IMG/VR virus record: IMGVR_UViG_3300032253_000229 | Span: 1 to 37,417 of that record | DNA from: a virus | Taxonomy: Duplodnaviria > Caudoviricetes | Reading direction: 5' to 3' (one strand) | Length of the DNA: 37,417 nucleotides | Shown here: positions 33,722-37,417 of the stretch, one piece after another | How the letters are laid out: every line of letters begins with the position of its first letter | Position numbering within the stretch: position 1 is the stretch's first letter | Notes under the pieces: model-generated | Databases searched by the model: none | Told to the model about the DNA's origin: nothing | What the model saw: the letters and a program-made list of their open reading frames with translations, nothing else | Position numbers and translations under genes: made by a program

Positions 33722-35914
33722 CTACTTTTGAAAGAAGTTCTCTCCGAAACTTTCTTCCATCTTTGACCGGGTTCTAAACTCGGCACTGTCCAAATATCCG
33801 TTCAGCCATTTGCGATCTGCATCTTCAAGCTCAAACCCGCTTTCTGTTTGGGCCATCAGTGTCTTCGCTCGCATGTATCTCTCGTTTGCCGCGTCAACAG
33901 GGCTAATCATCGCCCGCCGTGCCGCAACTTTCTCCTGATCAATCAGAGCTTGCTCGTAATGCTCGGCGGCATTGGCGGGGCCTGTTGGCAGATCAAGTGT
34001 TTTTGCCACAAGTGCCTCTGTCGCCGCATCAATGGCGGGCGTACTGTAATTTTCATCCCTGTTCGGAAAAGCCACCACTGTAGATTTACGAGCATCTTCA
34101 CCCGCTTGACGGAGAAGCGCATCTGCTGCATGACGATCTTTATATTTGCGGGTCTCTCTGGTGATTTCAGCTGTTTCTTCTTTGAGGCGCTCTCGCTGGT
34201 GCGCCTTGGCAGCTTCTGCGATGGCGCGCCGGTCAATACCTAGATAATCGGTATTAATGGCCTCGAAAACAAATGCGTCGCCATCTTCATTAAAGCAATA
34301 TAACCGCCCTAAATCGGCTGGATCGTGGCGTATATGAAGGCGCTGACCGACCATCATCAGGTCGTTCCAGTAGGTAATTCCATCAACAGATATACCTTTC
34401 TTGGTAACTGTCCGGTGGCCTGATTTGCCCGGCACTTCTGCCAGCATGATATGAAGGGCCTGTTCGTTCTCGATCCGCCGGACATGACCTGTCCATGTCG
34501 CCGCCATTTCATGCGGTGTCGCGCCGTTAATTCCTTGATGCCCCCGATGATGGTATTTGTTCTCAACCCACTGGTTAGCCATGTCCTGAAGCTCTACCGC
34601 CGTCAGATCAACTTCAAACAATCTCTTGTCTTTGGTTCCAAGGCGCTGCGCGAAGGATTTACGTCCTTCGATCTTCTTGCGGTCCATAACATTGTGGCCC
34701 ACAAAGCTGCCAAGCGGTGCCATAAAGCTCCGCTGGAACGTACCAATGGCCCGTTCAACCGTGCCTTTGTGTTCTGGTGTAAACGGCGCGGCAACATCGC
34801 GTTTTATTTGCAAATTTGTCAGGGCGCGCACAAAGGCTTGAGAGACGAAATCGGACCCGTTATCCGTCTTGATGATTTCAGGAACGCCCCAGTCCATAAT
34901 CGCCTGCCGGATCAACAAAAGAGATGCTTGTGTTGTCGGTGTCCGGCTGACCAGTATCTTCATGCGGCGGGTATAAATATCAATGACACAATAGATATTG
35001 TAACGGCCATCAGAGCACATGGCATCGGCGGGAGAGGCATCAATTTCCCAAATTTGATTGGGAGCTGTGACCCACGCATTGGCTTTGCCAGGAGCGATCA
35101 TATATTTGTTTTTCCAGCCGTCCGGATTGGTGATTTTCATCAGGGTTTCGGCGTTTTCCTGCTTCCAGCTTTTAACCCATCTTTGAATTGTGCGGATGGT
35201 CGGAACAGGCTTATCAATCGTTTGACCTTTTACTTCTATAGGCCATGGATCGCCAAATTTTTCGCGAACAAGATCATGAATGTGATCGCCGTTCAGGTGC
35301 GGGTGATTGATAATCATTGCCACAATGTATTTGGCGACTTCACCATCAAAAGCGGTATCCAGAAGACCCGTTCCTTTGCGGTTTCCATATTGCCCCGCAA
35401 GGCGGTTTTCTTCGCCATTGTCACGGGCCTTGATCCAGTTTCGAAGACTGGACACCGAAAATGATTTAACCTCTGCATACACCCACTCTGGCATGGCCGG
35501 TATTTTCCGGGATTTATAAAGCTGGGTGAAGGCGTACTGGCTGACCTCAACAGACTCCATACTGTCCTTCAGAAACGAGTTCCAGATCATTAACACGGTC
35601 ATCTTGGCATCGCGGCGGAGGCCTGATTTACCTGCAGGCGTTTCAAGCGGATCAACGACCATCTCTGGCGGTTCTTCAAGGATTGAACTATCTTTTTTCA
35701 AAGACCGCAGAGCGAGGATGTTCTGGGCTTCTCTGGGAAGCAGAGACACATGGTATTCGCGACCGCCACCACTATTAGCGCGGCGTCTGGATTTGGTCGG
35801 GTGCTCTAGAATACCTTCCTTATTTAATTTCTGATATACACCGCGCTGTGTTGCAGGAAGTCCAGGAATTCTTAGTTTTGCAATTTCAGATGTCGTGTAC
35901 CAAAGCTTCTTCAT
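33722..35914 (-). CDS. MuA-like DDE transposase
   Basis: N-terminal Mu HTH (GGGREYHVSLLP), DDE residues in WEIDASP, KTDNGSDF, KGTVERAI; C-terminal RTVTKKGI...HDPADLG. Confidence 0.95.
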   Translation of the reverse strand: MKKLWYTTSEIAKLRIPGLPATQRGVYQKLNKEGILEHPTKSRRRANSGGGREYHVSLLPREAQNILALRSLKKDSSILEEPPEMVVDPLETPAGKSGLRRDAKMTVLMIWNSFLKDSMESVEVSQYAFTQLYKSRKIPAMPEWVYAEVKSFSVSSLRNWIKARDNGEENRLAGQYGNRKGTGLLDTAFDGEVAKYIVAMIINHPHLNGDHIHDLVREKFGDPWPIEVKGQTIDKPVPTIRTIQRWVKSWKQENAETLMKITNPDGWKNKYMIAPGKANAWVTAPNQIWEIDASPADAMCSDGRYNIYCVIDIYTRRMKILVSRTPTTQASLLLIRQAIMDWGVPEIIKTDNGSDFVSQAFVRALTNLQIKRDVAAPFTPEHKGTVERAIGTFQRSFMAPLGSFVGHNVMDRKKIEGRKSFAQRLGTKDKRLFEVDLTAVELQDMANQWVENKYHHRGHQGINGATPHEMAATWTGHVRRIENEQALHIMLAEVPGKSGHRTVTKKGISVDGITYWNDLMMVGQRLHIRHDPADLGRLYCFNEDGDAFVFEAINTDYLGIDRRAIAEAAKAHQRERLKEETAEITRETRKYKDRHAADALLRQAGEDARKSTVVAFPNRDENYSTPAIDAATEALVAKTLDLPTGPANAAEHYEQALIDQEKVAARRAMISPVDAANERYMRAKTLMAQTESGFELEDADRKWLNGYLDSAEFRTRSKMEESFGENFFQK

Positions 35915-36375
35915 ATCAGGCCCTCTGATTTTGCTTTTTGTTTGAGGGCTTTTTCTTCACGTTCCATCTGTTCGCGCTTCTCGCGAATCTGGGCCATGCG
36001 GATCACGTCCACATAGCGGTTATCGACAACTGAAACGGGGAATGGGTCAGATAAAACTTGCAGCAAACGCCAGTCCTGTGTGGCATAGACAAGGGCCATA
36101 AATCGAAGGGCAGATATATTGTGATCTTCACGGGCTTGGCTGGCATAGGCGTTGAGAACATTGACACTGATATCACTACCTAAATAGTGTCCCATACGAT
36201 CTGCGATTTCAGGGCGATCCATGGGACTATCGTTCAATGCTGCACTTATCGCTCGCGCTATTTTAGCGGCCATTGAATGGGCTTTAATTGCATCTTCATC
36301 AAACCGTTTTTCGGGCTCTTTTGGTGTCCATGCCAAAAGGTCCGCTGTTTGATGATCCCCCCGTGTTTTAACCAT
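35911..36375 (-). CDS. Conserved Mu-like early protein (HTH-like)
   Basis: ATG 36375 overlaps the ParB stop (TAATG); R.EIA.RM..YLG..IS...LNAYAS.ARE.HNIS. Confidence 0.7.
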   Translation of the reverse strand: MVKTRGDHQTADLLAWTPKEPEKRFDEDAIKAHSMAAKIARAISAALNDSPMDRPEIADRMGHYLGSDISVNVLNAYASQAREDHNISALRFMALVYATQDWRLLQVLSDPFPVSVVDNRYVDVIRMAQIREKREQMEREEKALKQKAKSEGLI

Positions 36376-37175
36376 TACTCTACTCCTAACTCGTCCAGCC
36401 ACACGTGAAATTGCCGTTGGGTTTCTTCACTCGCGCGCACATATCTACGCTTGAGTGCGTCCAGCTCTTTTTCCTGGACAGAAAACTCAACTTCGTCATC
36501 CGAACCATGAAGCTCCAGAAGTGCCGCTTTGACATTTTTGACCGGGTCTTTTTCGCGCAATATCGCGGCGGCACATTTGAGTTGGTCGGTTGGTGCGAGC
36601 TTTAAAAGGGCGTCCAGTTCCGCACCGCTATCGGCAAGGGCAGTGGTGCCAATCATTTCGCGAACTTTGGGATCAATTTTGTTGGCTCGTTGCAGACTTC
36701 TTCTAATCGATCGTGGTGTTAGCCCCATTTTCTCGGATACAGTTTCAGCGAAGGACAAGCTTGTCCGTTGCAGCCCGTGGCGGGCAAGTCCACCCGCAAT
36801 ACCGGCCTTGCTGTCCGGGTACATGACCTCGTGAATTTCTTGCCGCTGTGACAAGAACACCGCCCGATCAAGAGCAGATAACTCGCGCCGGAACAGGTTC
36901 TCGTCAATCTCGAGTAACCGTTGCTTCAACTCGTCATTTTCGGGAACAATCAAAGCATCTATTTCAGGCCATTCAAGGAGTTTTGCAGCTTCAAGCCTGT
37001 GACTACCGATCAGCAATTTATATGAACCATCGGACCGCTTCGCACTAACCATAATTGGCTGTGAAAGCCCTTGTTCACACATAGAATCAGCCAGAAGGAC
37101 TACCCAGTTCTGGTCTACTGGGCGCAGCCGATCAGACGTATCAATATTTTCAATGGAGATAGAGGCAATACTCAT
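36375..37175 (-). CDS. ParB/Spo0J-like N-terminal domain protein
   Basis: RLRPV, GLSQPIMV, LLIGSHRLEA, EIDENLFRRELS, followed by an HTH. Confidence 0.85.
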   Translation of the reverse strand: MSIASISIENIDTSDRLRPVDQNWVVLLADSMCEQGLSQPIMVSAKRSDGSYKLLIGSHRLEAAKLLEWPEIDALIVPENDELKQRLLEIDENLFRRELSALDRAVFLSQRQEIHEVMYPDSKAGIAGGLARHGLQRTSLSFAETVSEKMGLTPRSIRRSLQRANKIDPKVREMIGTTALADSGAELDALLKLAPTDQLKCAAAILREKDPVKNVKAALLELHGSDDEVEFSVQEKELDALKRRYVRASEETQRQFHVWLDELGVE

Positions 37176-37417
37176 AACGCCACCTCACTGGTAACAGGAA
37201 TGGAAAAAAGACGGCGGATCGCAAGGGGATGGGGGGATGCGATCCGCCGTACAGTCTCTGTCCGGTCGGACACTTCGAAAAGTCGGACAGAGGCGGGGGT
37301 TGGGACGGCAGGCTGACAGGGAGGGAGAACAGCCTGCCGTTTATCCTCAAGCTTGGGCGCTAGAACAACCAAGCGAGGAAAAACTGGAGAAATAGCAGTT
37401 GAGTTATCACCGTTCAT
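37172..37417 (-). CDS. Hypothetical protein
   Basis: 81 aa ORF overlapping the ParB start (ATGA); no motif recognised; upstream context outside the window. Confidence 0.35.
   Translation of the reverse strand: MNGDNSTAISPVFPRLVVLAPKLEDKRQAVLPPCQPAVPTPASVRLFEVSDRTETVRRIASPHPLAIRRLFSIPVTSEVAL

Larger units (their letters stand above)
3047..37417 (-). mobile_element. Mu-like transposable prophage with siphovirus-type tail (left end outside window)
   Basis: MuA DDE transposase, MuB ATPase, GemA, Mor/C, Mu-type terminase/portal/MuF/protease/capsid/gp36, tape measure and lambda-like tip genes; no tail sheath or baseplate wedge genes. Confidence 0.95.

Noticed and set aside
34451-35464. 337-aa plus-strand ORF
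   Set aside because: Antisense shadow of the MuA transposase; no recognisable motifs.
1-37417. CRISPR array, rRNA or tRNA genes
   Set aside because: No regularly spaced repeat-spacer array or recognisable structural RNA gene found by eye.

Overview
Most of the window (about 3047-37417, nearly all minus strand) is a Mu-like transposable prophage with a non-contractile, lambda-like tail, probably in an alphaproteobacterium (inferred from gene content). From the high-coordinate end it carries ParB-like, MuA/MuB, DnaA-domain-IV, DUF3164, GemA and Mor/C genes. A three-gene moron follows, then a lysis region containing a class-3 lipase, and the terminase, portal and MuF genes. Next come head genes, tail genes with a -1 frameshifted chaperone, a tail fibre and a DNA adenine methylase in the mom position. 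The right end is visible near 3047 (TG terminus, two direct repeats at 22-bp period and one inverted copy); the left end and repressor lie beyond the window. The AT-richer flank (1-3046) has a HigBA toxin-antitoxin pair and a wHTH + wHTH-HEPN gene pair. The leading candidate for an undescribed system is MuF with a C-terminal PBECR-like nuclease domain, paired with a convergent, separately promoted ~110-nt structured RNA overlapping its stop codon. All family calls come from motif recognition and gene order, not database searches.
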